From assembly GCA_963845755.1 (NCBI GenBank), contig CAWJTV010000022.1, positions 1 through 64,000 of the forward strand: 64,000 bases of DNA, written 5' to 3'. A program made the translations under genes and the position numbers. Within the stretch, counting starts at the first letter, position 1. Every line of letters starts with the position of its first letter. This DNA is from an uncultured Planctomycetota bacterium. Lineage in GTDB: Bacteria > Planctomycetota > Planctomycetia > Isosphaerales > Isosphaeraceae. Of the stretch, positions 31,584 to 43,349 are shown one piece after another. Under the pieces are notes generated by a model. That model was not told the origin of the DNA. It was given only the letters and a program-made list of their open reading frames with translations, and made no database searches.

Positions 31584-33668
31584 CTACGGCCGCGGCATCA
31601 GCGACGGTATCTCAGCAACCTTGCCGAGCATCAGACTGCTGGAAGCACCGAGGAGCTGGTAGACCGCACGGGTGAAAGCGAACGCCGCGAACAGCCGATC
31701 CCCAGACGCCTTATCTCCTTCTGGCTCAACGCCGCTGGCAATCGCCAGGGGACGCGGTGCGATGAGGGCGGCCAGATGACCGATGTCGCCCACATCCAGG
31801 ATGTTGGGGGTAATCAGTCCCATCGGGACGCCCGACCAGGGTTTGGATCCCCCTCCCACGAAGCTTACCAGGCAGTCCGAGGCCGCGACACCCGCGACCC
31901 GCGCGTCGAGAGCCGCCACCAGGATCGCCGGCAGGCTCATGGCACCGAGCCCGACCAGGACGAACGGGCGATTCGGCGGCGCAAGTTCTGACAGCCCCTT
32001 GCCTTGCTTCAGCTCATCCAGCAGATCGAGCCACCGCAGGATGTCCCAGACCCACTGACCCAGGAGCGGCCGATTGACCCAGAGCCCCCATTCCGCGGGT
32101 GTGTGATCGCGGACACCGGCCACGGGGCCGATGTTGGCCAGCCATCGGCCTGTGCCGCGAAAGCCGGATAATTCCAGCGTGCCATGCCCAGCCTGACGCC
32201 ATTTGCGCAGGATCGCGTCGAGCGCGCCGCGCTCTTTCGCCTTAAACTCGCCATCGGGCTTCGGCCCCGCCGAAAGGATGATCGCCGTCCCTTTTTGAGT
32301 CGTCTTGCCAAATAGCGCACGGCCCCGAGTTCGAATCCCGGGCTCGGTCGCGATCGTGATCTCGACGCCATCCAGCCCCATCTGCGCCTGGGGTTCCATC
32401 GGACTCTTCCGAGGGAATCCGCCGAGGATCTCGTCGCGAAGGTGGCTGCGCATCCGCTCGGCGTCCGCATCCCAACGCTCGCGATGATCGGGAGGTTGAG
32501 GGAGCGCCGCGAGCCGCTGTTGCCCTTCCCGTGCAGCGAATTCGGGGATCGTGACGATCGATCTGGGCCGAGATGCTCCCTGAGGATAGCACCGCAGTGC
32601 TCCCACCTCTTCCACCGCAAGGGGAGGTTCGGGGATCGGACGCCCATCACCGCGGCCTCGAAGCCATTTCTCCACCCAGCCGTACATGACCTCGCGCATG
32701 GGCTTGTTGTAATCATGTCCCGACTCGATCGCGACGTGACGGATCTTGTCCTCATGGCCCAGGAGTCGGAACCGCTCGCGGGCGAAGGCGATGCTCTTGG
32801 CGGCTTCGTCGACGCTGAACTGGAGGGCATCGCGGGTCGCATTGATGACCAGAAGGGCGCGGGGGGCGACCATGGCCAGGAGGTCGCCGGTCGTGGCGTA
32901 GGCCGCGCCGCCCGGATTGACCTCGCAGACGCAACAAGCGGTCCTGAGATAGGCATCGTAGGTCCCGATACCGCAAACTGGGATCACTGCAGCGAGGCGT
33001 TCGTCGGTCGCCCCGGAGTAGAACGACTGGTTGCCGCCTCCCGACGCGCCGGTGATCGCCAGCCGAGCCGGGTCTACCTCGGAGCGTGAAATCAGGTAAT
33101 CGACGGCGCGGCGATTGTCGTAGACTTGCAACCCGATCAGGGGCGTTCCCAGCGGCCAGAGCGAAGCACCCACGAGGGCGCCGTGGTAGGTCCCTGGGCC
33201 CGGCTCGATCGCCCGCTCGCCCGCACCGAAGGCGTCGAGGCTGAGGACCACATAGCCCAGCTTGGCCAGTCCGATGCAGCGCGGCTGGATGTGCGGGTCG
33301 ATACGGGCCCAGGACCAATGGCCGTGGACCGAAACGACGCCGGGGTATGGCCCTTGGATGGGGTCGGGGCGGTATAGATTGGCCGTCACCCGAACATCCG
33401 GTCGGCTCTGAAAGGTCAGCCGCTCGATCGCGTAGCCGTCGCGCCGGAGGACGCCAAGAACCTCGGGGTCCAGGGGACACGCCGTCGCAGGCATCCGGCC
33501 GAACGATCGCCACAGCTTTTGGCGCACCGGGGCCAGCCGTTGGTTCCAGCCATCAAGGGTCGCTGGAGCCGCTTCCGGTCGCCCCGCGCCTCGCGACTGG
33601 CGGCGGATAAACGTCTCGTAATCGGCTGGCGAATATCCAGAGTCCCTCGTCCTCATTTTCATCCTCAT
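31584..33668 (-). CDS. Two-domain alpha/beta hydrolase (acetylxylan esterase / dienelactone hydrolase-like)
   Basis: VSVHGHW, nucleophile elbow TGASGGG, APRALL, SGHDYN; second degenerate hydrolase domain. Confidence 0.85.
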   Translation of the reverse strand: MRMKMRTRDSGYSPADYETFIRRQSRGAGRPEAAPATLDGWNQRLAPVRQKLWRSFGRMPATACPLDPEVLGVLRRDGYAIERLTFQSRPDVRVTANLYRPDPIQGPYPGVVSVHGHWSWARIDPHIQPRCIGLAKLGYVVLSLDAFGAGERAIEPGPGTYHGALVGASLWPLGTPLIGLQVYDNRRAVDYLISRSEVDPARLAITGASGGGNQSFYSGATDERLAAVIPVCGIGTYDAYLRTACCVCEVNPGGAAYATTGDLLAMVAPRALLVINATRDALQFSVDEAAKSIAFARERFRLLGHEDKIRHVAIESGHDYNKPMREVMYGWVEKWLRGRGDGRPIPEPPLAVEEVGALRCYPQGASRPRSIVTIPEFAAREGQQRLAALPQPPDHRERWDADAERMRSHLRDEILGGFPRKSPMEPQAQMGLDGVEITIATEPGIRTRGRALFGKTTQKGTAIILSAGPKPDGEFKAKERGALDAILRKWRQAGHGTLELSGFRGTGRWLANIGPVAGVRDHTPAEWGLWVNRPLLGQWVWDILRWLDLLDELKQGKGLSELAPPNRPFVLVGLGAMSLPAILVAALDARVAGVAASDCLVSFVGGGSKPWSGVPMGLITPNILDVGDIGHLAALIAPRPLAIASGVEPEGDKASGDRLFAAFAFTRAVYQLLGASSSLMLGKVAEIPSLMPRP

Positions 33669-33745
33669 CTCAGGGTCGGCCGGTCATGGGCGAGAGGAGA
33701 TTGGCCTGTTCTCGCAACGGGCAGAGTTTACGGCGGCAGGACAGT

Positions 33746-34035
33746 AGAGTCGTCCTCCGTAGGATCCCTGCGCCGTGCGCATTTGGGGATTCCGGATTCG
33801 AGATTCCCGATTCCGGAATCATTCCCCTTCGGGAATCCGGGATCGCGAATCGGGAATCCCTCTTGGATTGCGGCCGGAGGCCGCGTCAGAGTCGTCCTGC
33901 GTAGGATCCCTGCGCCGTGCGCATCGGGGGATTCCGAATTCCGGATTCGAGATTCCCGATTCCGGAATCATGCCCCTTGGGGAATTCGGAATCTCGAATC
34001 GGGAATCCCTCTTGGGTTGCGGCCGAAGGCCGCGC
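33746..34035. repeat. Tandem duplication of an approximately 142-bp palindromic unit
   Basis: Units start AGAGTCGTCCT at 33746 and 33888. Each has GATTCC-type heptamer runs mirrored by GGAATC-type runs and ends TGCGGCCG(G/A)AGGCCGCG. Confidence 0.88.
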
Positions 34036-34037
34036 TG

Positions 34038-34093
34038 AGGTCAGGCGCTCCAGCCTGACGGGTCTGGGGAGTCAGGTTGGAGCGCCTGACCTC
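34038..34093. repeat. REP-like hairpin
   Basis: GAGGTCAGGCGCTCCAGCCTGAC ... GTCAGGTTGGAGCGCCTGACCTC. Confidence 0.82.
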
Positions 34094-34176
34094 CGTAGTG
34101 TTCTTTCTCGCCAGAGTAATCGGAGGAGGAGCAGACCCCAAGCCCCCTCTGGCGATCGATCTTCGATCGGCCAGGC

Positions 34177-36279
34177 TCACCTGCGTCGATTTCTTGCCTT
34201 CGCCAGGGAGAGGCGAGCTTGAGCATGATCGGGGCGGAGACGGAGGACCTCCTCGAATTCGGCGGCCGCATCTGATCTCCGACCCAAGGTGACCAGGATC
34301 GCACCCAGGACGTAGTGGGCCTGGGGATTCTGGTGATTGCGGCGGATGGCCTCTCGCAACTGGGTGATCGCTTCGGCGGAATGTCCCTGCTGGGCCAGCG
34401 CCAATCCGAGGTTGATCCGCGAACCGGAGTCATCGGGGTCTAGCCGGAGGGCCTTCTGGTAGTGGACAACGGCTTTGTCCTGACGGCCCTGGAGGACGTA
34501 TGCCGTCCCGAGGGCGGCATACGCCTCCGTGTAACCGGGCCGCAGCTCCACGGCCGTCTTCAACTCGCGGATCGCCTTATCAACCTTGCGTTGATGAATG
34601 AGAGCAACGCCCAGGTTGAAGTGGAGATTGGGAAAGTCCGGCTGAAGTTGGAGCCCCTCGCGATAAAGCGCGATCGCTTCGTCGGCATGCCCTTGATGCA
34701 CCAGGGCCGCACCCAGGTTGAGGGGAACCCTCGGATTCTGCGGCTGTAACCTCCTCGCCTCGCGAAGGTATGCGATGGCCGCGTCGTTGTCACCGTGGCG
34801 GTCCAGCGCGACACCCAGGTCGCAAGTGGCCTCGAAGTTATCGGGGCGGATGCGCAGAGCCTCGCGGAACTCGGCGATCGCAGGCTCCAACTTCCCTTCG
34901 TCGGCAAGCGTCGTGCCCATGAAATCATGCAACTCCGAGCTCCATCCGGCGTACTCCAGCGCATGTCCCCAGAGGTGCTCCGTGCTATCCCAGACGTGGC
35001 ATTGGGCCGAGCACAGCGCCATCGAGCCGCAAGCGACAGCGATCGTACCGGCCCCAGCCACGAGCAGAACCGGGCGCGACCATCGGCGTTGCGCGAGTCC
35101 GCAGGCCCCGGCGCAACCGAGGATAACCCATGCCATCAAGGGGGCATGGCCGTAGTGGTCCGACGCCAGGGTGATGTTGACCCGCGCCAGGCCGAGGTAG
35201 GGGGAGGCGATGACCAGATAGGCTGCCAGGGTCGCCAGCAACCCGGGCCATCTCCTCCGCAACACGAATGCTGCCGACACGGCGAGCACGACGCCGGCGA
35301 AGCACACCGCGAAGAGAGGCGTCAGGAAGTCTCCGCCCTCCGGGCGGGGATAAAAGGCTGTGATCCCGAGGGGCCAGGCGGTCTTCGCGAGATAGAAGCA
35401 AGCCCCGAAGCTCGCCTGAGCCACCCGGCCGACGAGCACAGGCTGAGTGGTCACCTCGGGATCTCCCCTCCACTTGGCCTCGAACGCTACAGCCGTGAAG
35501 ACCAGGCAGAAGACCAGGATGGCGCCTTTTTCGATCAGGACTGTCCGGACGGCGGGCCATAATGGAGGTTTCCCGGCGAGTCGCCCTAACGGATACGCAT
35601 CGAGGATGAGGAAGACAAACGGCAGGACGACAGCCGACCCCTTCGAGAGCACGGCCAGCACGATCAGCACAGACGAGCCGACCATCCAGGAACGGCGGTA
35701 CACCCCGCTCGAAGGATGGGCGCGCAGATAGGCCAACGTCGCGAGTAGCGAGAAGAATATGCTGGGCAGATGGGCCTGGCACGACGCCCAGGCGACCGTC
35801 TCAACCCGCAAGGGATGGACGGCGTACAATGCCACAGGAACGCCGCAAAGCCAGCCCAGCGCGCCTCCCAAACGCCCCGCAGCCTCGGGCATGGCCCTCG
35901 CCAAGAGTCGGACGCAGAGGAGATGCAAGAGGACCACGTTCACGACGTGGAAGAGGAGGCTGACGAGGTGATAGCCCCGCGGGTCGAGGCCGAAGATCTC
36001 GTAGGTGAGACTCTGGATCAGCCAGCCGAGCGGATGATAGTCGCTACCGGCGAACGAGGTGAATGCGAACTGGATCTGTTCCCAGCCCAGGCCGCGGAAC
36101 GCGTGGTTTTCGAGAATCCACTTGTGGTCGTCCCAATCGACGAACCCGTTGCTGAGCACCGGTGAGAAGGCGATCCACACGCCCGCGACGAGCACGACCC
36201 AGACCGGCCAGAGTATTCCCAGGCCCGGCATTTCGGCCGATTTGAGGACGGCGTTGGCAGGAAGATTCTTTCTTCCCAT
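34177..36279 (-). CDS. TMTC-like membrane protein (GT-C fold, protein O-mannosyltransferase-like) with C-terminal TPR repeats
   Basis: GFVDWDD, YHPL, HPLRVETVAW, about 7 TPRs (e.g. AHYVLGAIL). Confidence 0.88.
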   Translation of the reverse strand: MGRKNLPANAVLKSAEMPGLGILWPVWVVLVAGVWIAFSPVLSNGFVDWDDHKWILENHAFRGLGWEQIQFAFTSFAGSDYHPLGWLIQSLTYEIFGLDPRGYHLVSLLFHVVNVVLLHLLCVRLLARAMPEAAGRLGGALGWLCGVPVALYAVHPLRVETVAWASCQAHLPSIFFSLLATLAYLRAHPSSGVYRRSWMVGSSVLIVLAVLSKGSAVVLPFVFLILDAYPLGRLAGKPPLWPAVRTVLIEKGAILVFCLVFTAVAFEAKWRGDPEVTTQPVLVGRVAQASFGACFYLAKTAWPLGITAFYPRPEGGDFLTPLFAVCFAGVVLAVSAAFVLRRRWPGLLATLAAYLVIASPYLGLARVNITLASDHYGHAPLMAWVILGCAGACGLAQRRWSRPVLLVAGAGTIAVACGSMALCSAQCHVWDSTEHLWGHALEYAGWSSELHDFMGTTLADEGKLEPAIAEFREALRIRPDNFEATCDLGVALDRHGDNDAAIAYLREARRLQPQNPRVPLNLGAALVHQGHADEAIALYREGLQLQPDFPNLHFNLGVALIHQRKVDKAIRELKTAVELRPGYTEAYAALGTAYVLQGRQDKAVVHYQKALRLDPDDSGSRINLGLALAQQGHSAEAITQLREAIRRNHQNPQAHYVLGAILVTLGRRSDAAAEFEEVLRLRPDHAQARLSLAKARNRRR

Positions 36280-36735
36280 GGAGCGTCGCTCCGGCGCGTG
36301 GTGGTGGGCGTTGGAGCCGCCGCCGACCGTCGCGCTCGGACGCGGCCGGCGGAATTTAATCGCATTCGCCCATCGCGTCAATCTCACCGCGCCTCCCCGA
36401 CCGTAACAACGAGGTCGGCTCTCGCCAGGTTGATCGCCGCCTCGGTCGCGGCTCGAGGCATTCGCCGGCGGTGTCGCAAGGGCCAGCGAGCCGCGTTGGT
36501 GCGCGCAATGACACGGGTGAACGCAAATGAACTGGAAAGGATCGGCACAACTGATAAGATCCGCGGGTCGGGCCAAGGCTGCACCTCGACGCTCCGGGCT
36601 CCTGGAGCGGTTCCTTGACACTCCTCGGCGAATACCACCCTCGTGACCGCGGTCCTCAGGCCGCGGTCCGGACGGGGAACCTCCAACCTCGCACATCATA
36701 GCAAGTGATCATTTTATTATAATGAGAATAATTAT

Positions 36736-37476
36736 ATGAATATGTCTGTCTCTTTGGTGCTCCTGGCCCACAACGAGGCCGAGGTCGTCGAAGGGGTGAT
36801 CCGGGAATTTCATACCAAGGTCGTTTCGAAGATCCCGGGATCCGAGATCGTGGTGGCCGAGGACGGCAGTACCGACGGCACGAAGGAGATTCTCCGTCGC
36901 CTTTGCGACGAGATCCCCGAGATGCGCCTGGAAGAGGGGGAGGAGAAGCGCGGGTATGTCGGGGCCTTCAGGGCGGCCATGGCTCTGCCGAATAATGATC
37001 TGATCTTATTCTGTGATGCCAGCGGCAAGCACGACCCGGACGATTTCTGGCCGATGTATGAGCAGATCGCCGACTGCGATATGATCGTAGGTTACAAGAC
37101 GAAGCGCCAGGATCCCTTCTACCGGATCGTGCTGACGAAGGCCTTCAACTTCTGCGCGAACCGCTACTTTGACGTGTTTTTCCGCGACATCGATTGCCCG
37201 TTCCGGCTCATCCGCAAGGAAGCGTACCGAAAGGTCGAAGAGGTGCCGTGGATCCAGACGGCCCTCATCAACTTCGAGGTGACCGTCCGCATGGTCAAGC
37301 TGGGCTTCCGGGTCAAAGAAGTCCCGGTCAAACACTTTGCGCGGAAGAATGGACCATCGCGAGGCTTGCCACTGAAGTCGATTCCCGGAGTGATTCTGGA
37401 AACCTTGAGCAACTTCCCGGCAATCAGGAGGTCGATTCTCGCCATGCCCTCATCCTTCCGGTCAACTCGCGCCTGA
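36736..37476 (+). CDS. GT2 glycosyltransferase (polyprenol-phosphate mannose synthase-like)
   Basis: AHNE, EDGSTDGT, FCDASG, DIDCPFRL. Confidence 0.88.
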   Translation: MNMSVSLVLLAHNEAEVVEGVIREFHTKVVSKIPGSEIVVAEDGSTDGTKEILRRLCDEIPEMRLEEGEEKRGYVGAFRAAMALPNNDLILFCDASGKHDPDDFWPMYEQIADCDMIVGYKTKRQDPFYRIVLTKAFNFCANRYFDVFFRDIDCPFRLIRKEAYRKVEEVPWIQTALINFEVTVRMVKLGFRVKEVPVKHFARKNGPSRGLPLKSIPGVILETLSNFPAIRRSILAMPSSFRSTRA

Positions 37477-37807
37477 GATCAACGTGGGAGTCTCGTGAGC
37501 GGTCAAGGCCGGATGGCCTTGACGAATCCGACCCCCGCATGACGCCTTCGGCATCCTATTTGAAGCACTGGCTCTCTTCTGGTAGGTTGTGCGGAGCGGG
37601 ATCGGTCTCCGTCGCGCCATCAGGGTGATGGCGGCTCCGCCCGCATCAATCCCGAGCGCCGGCGCAGGATCCTCGGATCCCCAGGCTGCCAGGCCCGTGC
37701 GACGATCGTTGCGCCGCGCAATCATCTCCGATCCGGAGACGTGCCGCGAGACCGGCGAGCATGCAGAAAACGGACACCTCGTACCCCACGCTGGAGAAGA
37801 TAACACC

Positions 37808-38428
37808 ATGGCGGAATACACCTTACCTCCCTTGCCCTACGATCATGGCGCCCTGGAGCCACACATCGACGCCAAGACCATGGAGATTCATCACACCAAG
37901 CATCACCAGGCCTATGTCACCAACCTCAACAACGCGCTGAAGGATCACCCCGATCATCAGGGCAAGACGATCGAGGACCTGATCGGGCATCTCGACGCGT
38001 TGCCGGAGTCGATTCGGACCGCGGTGCGGAACAACGGGGGCGGGCACGCCAATCACTCGATGTTCTGGCAGATCATGAAGCCGGGTGGCGGAGGCGAGCC
38101 GACCGGGGCGTTGGCGGCGGCGATCACCTCCGACCTGGGCGGCTTCGCGGCCTTCAAGGACGCCCTGGCCAAGTCGGGGGCGGGCCGCTTCGGCTCGGGA
38201 TGGGCCTGGCTGATCCTGGGCAAGGACGGCAAGCTCGCCGTCACCTCGACGCCCAACCAGGATAGTCCGCTCATGGAGGGCCTGACCCCCATCATGGGTG
38301 TCGACGTCTGGGAGCATGCCTACTACTTGAAATACCAGAATCGGCGCCCGGATTACCTCGCGGCCTGGTGGAATACCCTGAACTGGGAGGAGATCGGCCG
38401 TCGCTTCGAGGTCGCGAAGAAGAAGTAG
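37808..38428 (+). CDS. sodA: Superoxide dismutase [Mn/Fe]
   Basis: [39 protein letters not shown]. Confidence 0.96.
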   Translation: MAEYTLPPLPYDHGALEPHIDAKTMEIHHTKHHQAYVTNLNNALKDHPDHQGKTIEDLIGHLDALPESIRTAVRNNGGGHANHSMFWQIMKPGGGGEPTGALAAAITSDLGGFAAFKDALAKSGAGRFGSGWAWLILGKDGKLAVTSTPNQDSPLMEGLTPIMGVDVWEHAYYLKYQNRRPDYLAAWWNTLNWEEIGRRFEVAKKK

Positions 38429-38741
38429 ACCGCGATGGGGGAGCAGATCACCCGACGACCGGCCCATTGCTTCCCGACGAGCCTCCCGCGATTCCGCTTG
38501 ACCGCCACCGGGGATTTCGTATCATTCCGACCGCCTCGGAAGGACCGTTCGTCCTTCCGAGGATCCTCTCCCCGCGAACGACTCGTCCGTGCCGATCATC
38601 GGGTCGGGATTCCGACACGTTCCCTATCTCGAGGCGTTGTCAACGGCGATGGCTGGTCGCCGCTCTCATAATTGGCCAGGTCACAAATCTTACTTTCGCC
38701 ACGGCGCCGGAGCGCGTCGGGCACCAGGGAAGGAGGAGGTC

Positions 38742-39164
38742 ATGTCGATGGATCGACTCAGACGCGTCCTGACCGGCGGGACTTTGGTGGCGATCTTGGG
38801 CCCCGTCATCGCAGCTTCGGGCTGCCGGAGCACGCGGAGCGAGGTGCCGCCCGGGAAGCCGTATTCCACAGTCGGCGGGACGCCCGACTTGAACTTCAAC
38901 TCCGCCCCGCACCCGAATAACTCCATCAATGGCGGCTTATACAGCGGTGGTACGCCCGGTATGCCCGGCCAGCCGGGTATGCCCGGCCCGGGGAGTCCCA
39001 CGGGAATCCCGGGGGGGATGGATGGCTCGCCTTCCGGCGCGGGATCGACCGGAACTCTGGGTACGCCCGGTCCCAACCAGACGCCCTTTGGACAGCCGAC
39101 GAACAACCAGTACGGCCCTCCCCAGGGTATGCCGCCCGTGGGGAGCTACAATCCGGGCCGCTGA
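38742..39164 (+). CDS. Pro/Gly-rich putative lipoprotein
   Basis: AAGGAGGAGG RBS; signal peptide ending AASGC; low-complexity PGMPG tail. Confidence 0.6.
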   Translation: MSMDRLRRVLTGGTLVAILGPVIAASGCRSTRSEVPPGKPYSTVGGTPDLNFNSAPHPNNSINGGLYSGGTPGMPGQPGMPGPGSPTGIPGGMDGSPSGAGSTGTLGTPGPNQTPFGQPTNNQYGPPQGMPPVGSYNPGR

Positions 39165-39263
39165 GCCGACTGTCGTGGCAAGGGACAGTTCTGTAAACCG
39201 TTCGGACTGGGCTGGGGCTCGGTCGGCCGGACACCGGTCTGACCAGCCCCCAGCGACGACATC

Positions 39264-40005
39264 ATGAGCCCGTCCCTGGTGATCCTGTATGAAGATTCGG
39301 ACTGCCTGGCCGTCGCCAAGCCGGCCGGGCAGTTCACGCAGGGCCGCTGGGCACCGCCGGGCGAGGTGAGCCTGGAGATGGCGGTTCGCCGGCACCTCGA
39401 GGCCGATGATCCGGATTCGGTCTACCTGGGCATGGTCCACCGGCTAGACCGGCCGACTTCTGGGGTCTTGCTCTGGGCCAAGACGCCGAAGGCCGCCCGC
39501 CGGCTCTCGTCGCAATTCGAGAAGCGGCGGGTGGTCAAGGAATACTGGGCGATCGTGGAGCTGGGCCGCCGCGGAGAGGCCAACCCCGCATCGGCTCGGA
39601 CTGCCGACGCTCATGAGGAGACCTGGTGCGACTGGTTGACCCGTCCGAGCCAGGCCGGGTTGGTCCGGGTGGTTGCGCCGGAAACGCCGGGCTCGCGCCA
39701 AGCCATGACCCTGGTGCAGCACACCGCGCGGGCGGAACTGCCGGCCGGCTGTGCCTGGTTAAGACTCTGGCCACAGACCGGGCGGACCCATCAACTCCGC
39801 CGCCCAGGCCGCCTCGCGGGGGATGCCGATCGTCGGCGATGTCGAATATGGATCCGCCACGGCGTTCGGGGCACCGCATTCGATCGCGCTCCACGCCCGG
39901 TCGCTTCAGGTTCGTCACCCGATCCTTCAGACCGCGCTGACCCTCGACGCGCCTATCCCTCCCGAGTGGCACTCCTGGGGAGTGTCGGGGACGAGTGGTG
40001 GCTGA
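39264..40005 (+). CDS. RluA-family pseudouridine synthase (apparent frameshift near 39800)
   Basis: VAKPAG, VHRLDRPTSG, TGRTHQLR, PIVGD..YG, LHARSL. Confidence 0.92.
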
Positions 40006-40027
40006 AGGTCAAGCCCGTCAGCCGGGC

Positions 40028-40507
40028 TCAGGGCAGGCTGATCTCGAGGATCTTCAATGTGCGGACCCCGCGGGGGACCGGGACCTCAACCTGCTCTCCG
40101 ACCTGTTTCCCGACCAGGCTCTGGCCGACCGGACCGGTGATCGGGATCTTATCCTGGTCGGGGTCCTCCTCGCCGGGACCGACCAGGATGTAGTCTTCTT
40201 CCTCGTTGAAGTCAACGTCGAGAACGCGGACCTTCAAGCCGAACGCGGCCCGTTCGGTGGACAGGTTGGACTTGTCCACGATGTACGCTCGACTGAGCGT
40301 GTTCTGGACATCGTTGATCTTGGCCTGGAGCATCCCCTGCGCCTCGACAGCCGCGTCGAACTCGGCATTCTCCGACAGGTCGCCGTATCCCCGGGCCTGG
40401 GCGATCTGCTCGGCGATCCGGGGCATGTCCTCGTTTTTGTACTTGTCGAGCTCGGCCTTCTTCTTGTCATAGCCTTCCTTCGACATAGGAATTCGGTCGT
40501 TGGACAT
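40028..40507 (-). CDS. greA: Transcription elongation factor GreA
   Basis: ARGYGDLSENAEFDAA, PVGQSLVGK, VPVPRG. Confidence 0.95.
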   Translation of the reverse strand: MSNDRIPMSKEGYDKKKAELDKYKNEDMPRIAEQIAQARGYGDLSENAEFDAAVEAQGMLQAKINDVQNTLSRAYIVDKSNLSTERAAFGLKVRVLDVDFNEEEDYILVGPGEEDPDQDKIPITGPVGQSLVGKQVGEQVEVPVPRGVRTLKILEISLP

Positions 40508-41011
40508 GCGGGTCTGCTCCCTCTTTCTGACATGCGACCGCCGCCAACCGGCGACCGAGTGCCGACGAATCCCCAAGGACTCGATGGCACGGAGAGGCTG
40601 ATCCTCGTTGCGCTCGCTCAACTCGGCTTGTTCACCGGAAGATTCGGAGCCAGGATGCCCCGTCGACCGTCACGCTGAATCGGGCCTTGCTCGCGATCGC
40701 CCGTGGTCGGTCGGTCTGTAGAAGTCTCCGTCGCCGGGTGGCACTCGATTCGACACAGTCTTCGCGTGATGCGCCCGGCCCGGTCCGATCGAATGAGAAA
40801 GACCGCGGCCTGGTGATCGCCAGATCCGCGGTCATCCGTCTTTTGCGTAAATTCAGCCTAGCTTCCTGGGATCGATGACGCAAGACCATCTCGGTTCAGT
40901 GTTTCTGCGTTCAGTACAAACCGGGACCACAGAGGCGGACGCATGGGTCGAACTCCGGTTCCGCCTTCTTCCGGCCGCGGAATGCCGATCACGGAAGCGA
41001 ACGAAACGACC

Positions 41012-42290
41012 TCACTCGTGCCTCAGGGCCTCGATCGGGTCCATGAGTGCGGCACGACGAGCGGGGTAGATCCCGAAGAGGATGCCGATGGCCACCGAGA
41101 TGCTGAAGGCTAGCAGCACCGACGCACCGGTCACGACGGCTTTCTGGTCGGGGATGAAATAAATGATCAGTTGGGGGATCAGGAAGCCGACGGCCACGCC
41201 GAGCAAGCCGCCCACCCCGGAGAGCACGACCGTCTCGATCAAGAACTGCTGGGTGATATCCCGGCGCTCGGCGCCGAGGGCTCGCCGGATGCCGATCTCG
41301 CGCGTTCGTTCGGTGACCGTCGCGAGCATGATGTTCATGATGCCGATGCCGCCGACCAGCAAGGAGATCGCCGCGATCGTACCCAGGATGATGCTGAACT
41401 GGCGGGCCTGCCTCTGGGCTGCGACGAGCAGGTCGTAGGGGACCGTCATGTCCACGTCGTTCTTGGGATGAAAGCGCTTGTAGCACGCTTCGATCAGGGG
41501 GACGGTAGGAGTCACCTGGTCGATCGTGCCGACCTGGACGGTGATCTGGGTGAGCTGGGTCTCTTCGGCCTGGGACGAGCCGGATCGATTGTCAACGATC
41601 TTTTCCCCGAAGCGCAGCTTGCAAGTATTGAGGGGGATGTACACGTCCTTGTTGTAATCCTGGGCCGCCACGCTGCCGCCGATCCCGGCCGAGCTGGCGC
41701 GCTCCGCCGTCACGCCCACGACCGTATAGTAGTCGGTGCCGAGCTTGACCGATTGATTGATCGGGTTCTCGAAGGGGAAGAGTCGTATGGCCGTCTCGTG
41801 GGCGAGGACGGCGTAATTCTCATACCTCTCGTTATCCGAGGCGGTCAGGAAGCGTCCCTTCTCGATCTGGAGCAGGTTGAAATCGGCATACTCGTGCGTG
41901 GTACCGACGACGCGACCGTCCAGGTACAGAGACCCGTGCCGGATCTGTTTCTTGATCTCGCGAATGGGCAAAATCTTACGGATCGTCGGGATCGTCTCGA
42001 CCATCCGGTCGAAGTCGGCGTACTTCAGCCCATAGTTGAGCACCCGGGGTGGCCGGCCGCCGGTTCAACTGGACTTCATCACTCGGCTTGACCGAGCGAA
42101 GGATGATATTAGTGGCCCCCAGGGCCTGGATCCGTTCCCGGGCCTCCCGGCTGCTCCCCTCGGCGATCGACAACATCGAAATCACCGCCGCCACGCCGAA
42201 GACGATGCCGAGCACGGTCAGGCCCGACCGCAGCTTGTGGAGCAACAGGCTCTTCATGCCCAGCTTCAGCGCCCGCCAGATGCGTCCCAT
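41012..42290 (-). CDS. MacB-like ABC transporter permease (apparent frameshift near 42060)
   Basis: [62 protein letters not shown]. Confidence 0.93.
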
Positions 42291-42434
42291 GGGTCCCTGA
42301 GTCCTCGAGTCGTGGTGGTTGTGTTGTGCGGGAGTTATGCGACGCGTCGCCGGCCGCATTCAAGTGCCTGGATCTGGCGGCCGCCGGCAGCGACTCGACT
42401 CGCGGCGACGCCCCAAGGACTCGAGCACCGAGGG

Positions 42435-43345
<911 letters not shown>

Positions 43346-43349
<4 letters not shown>

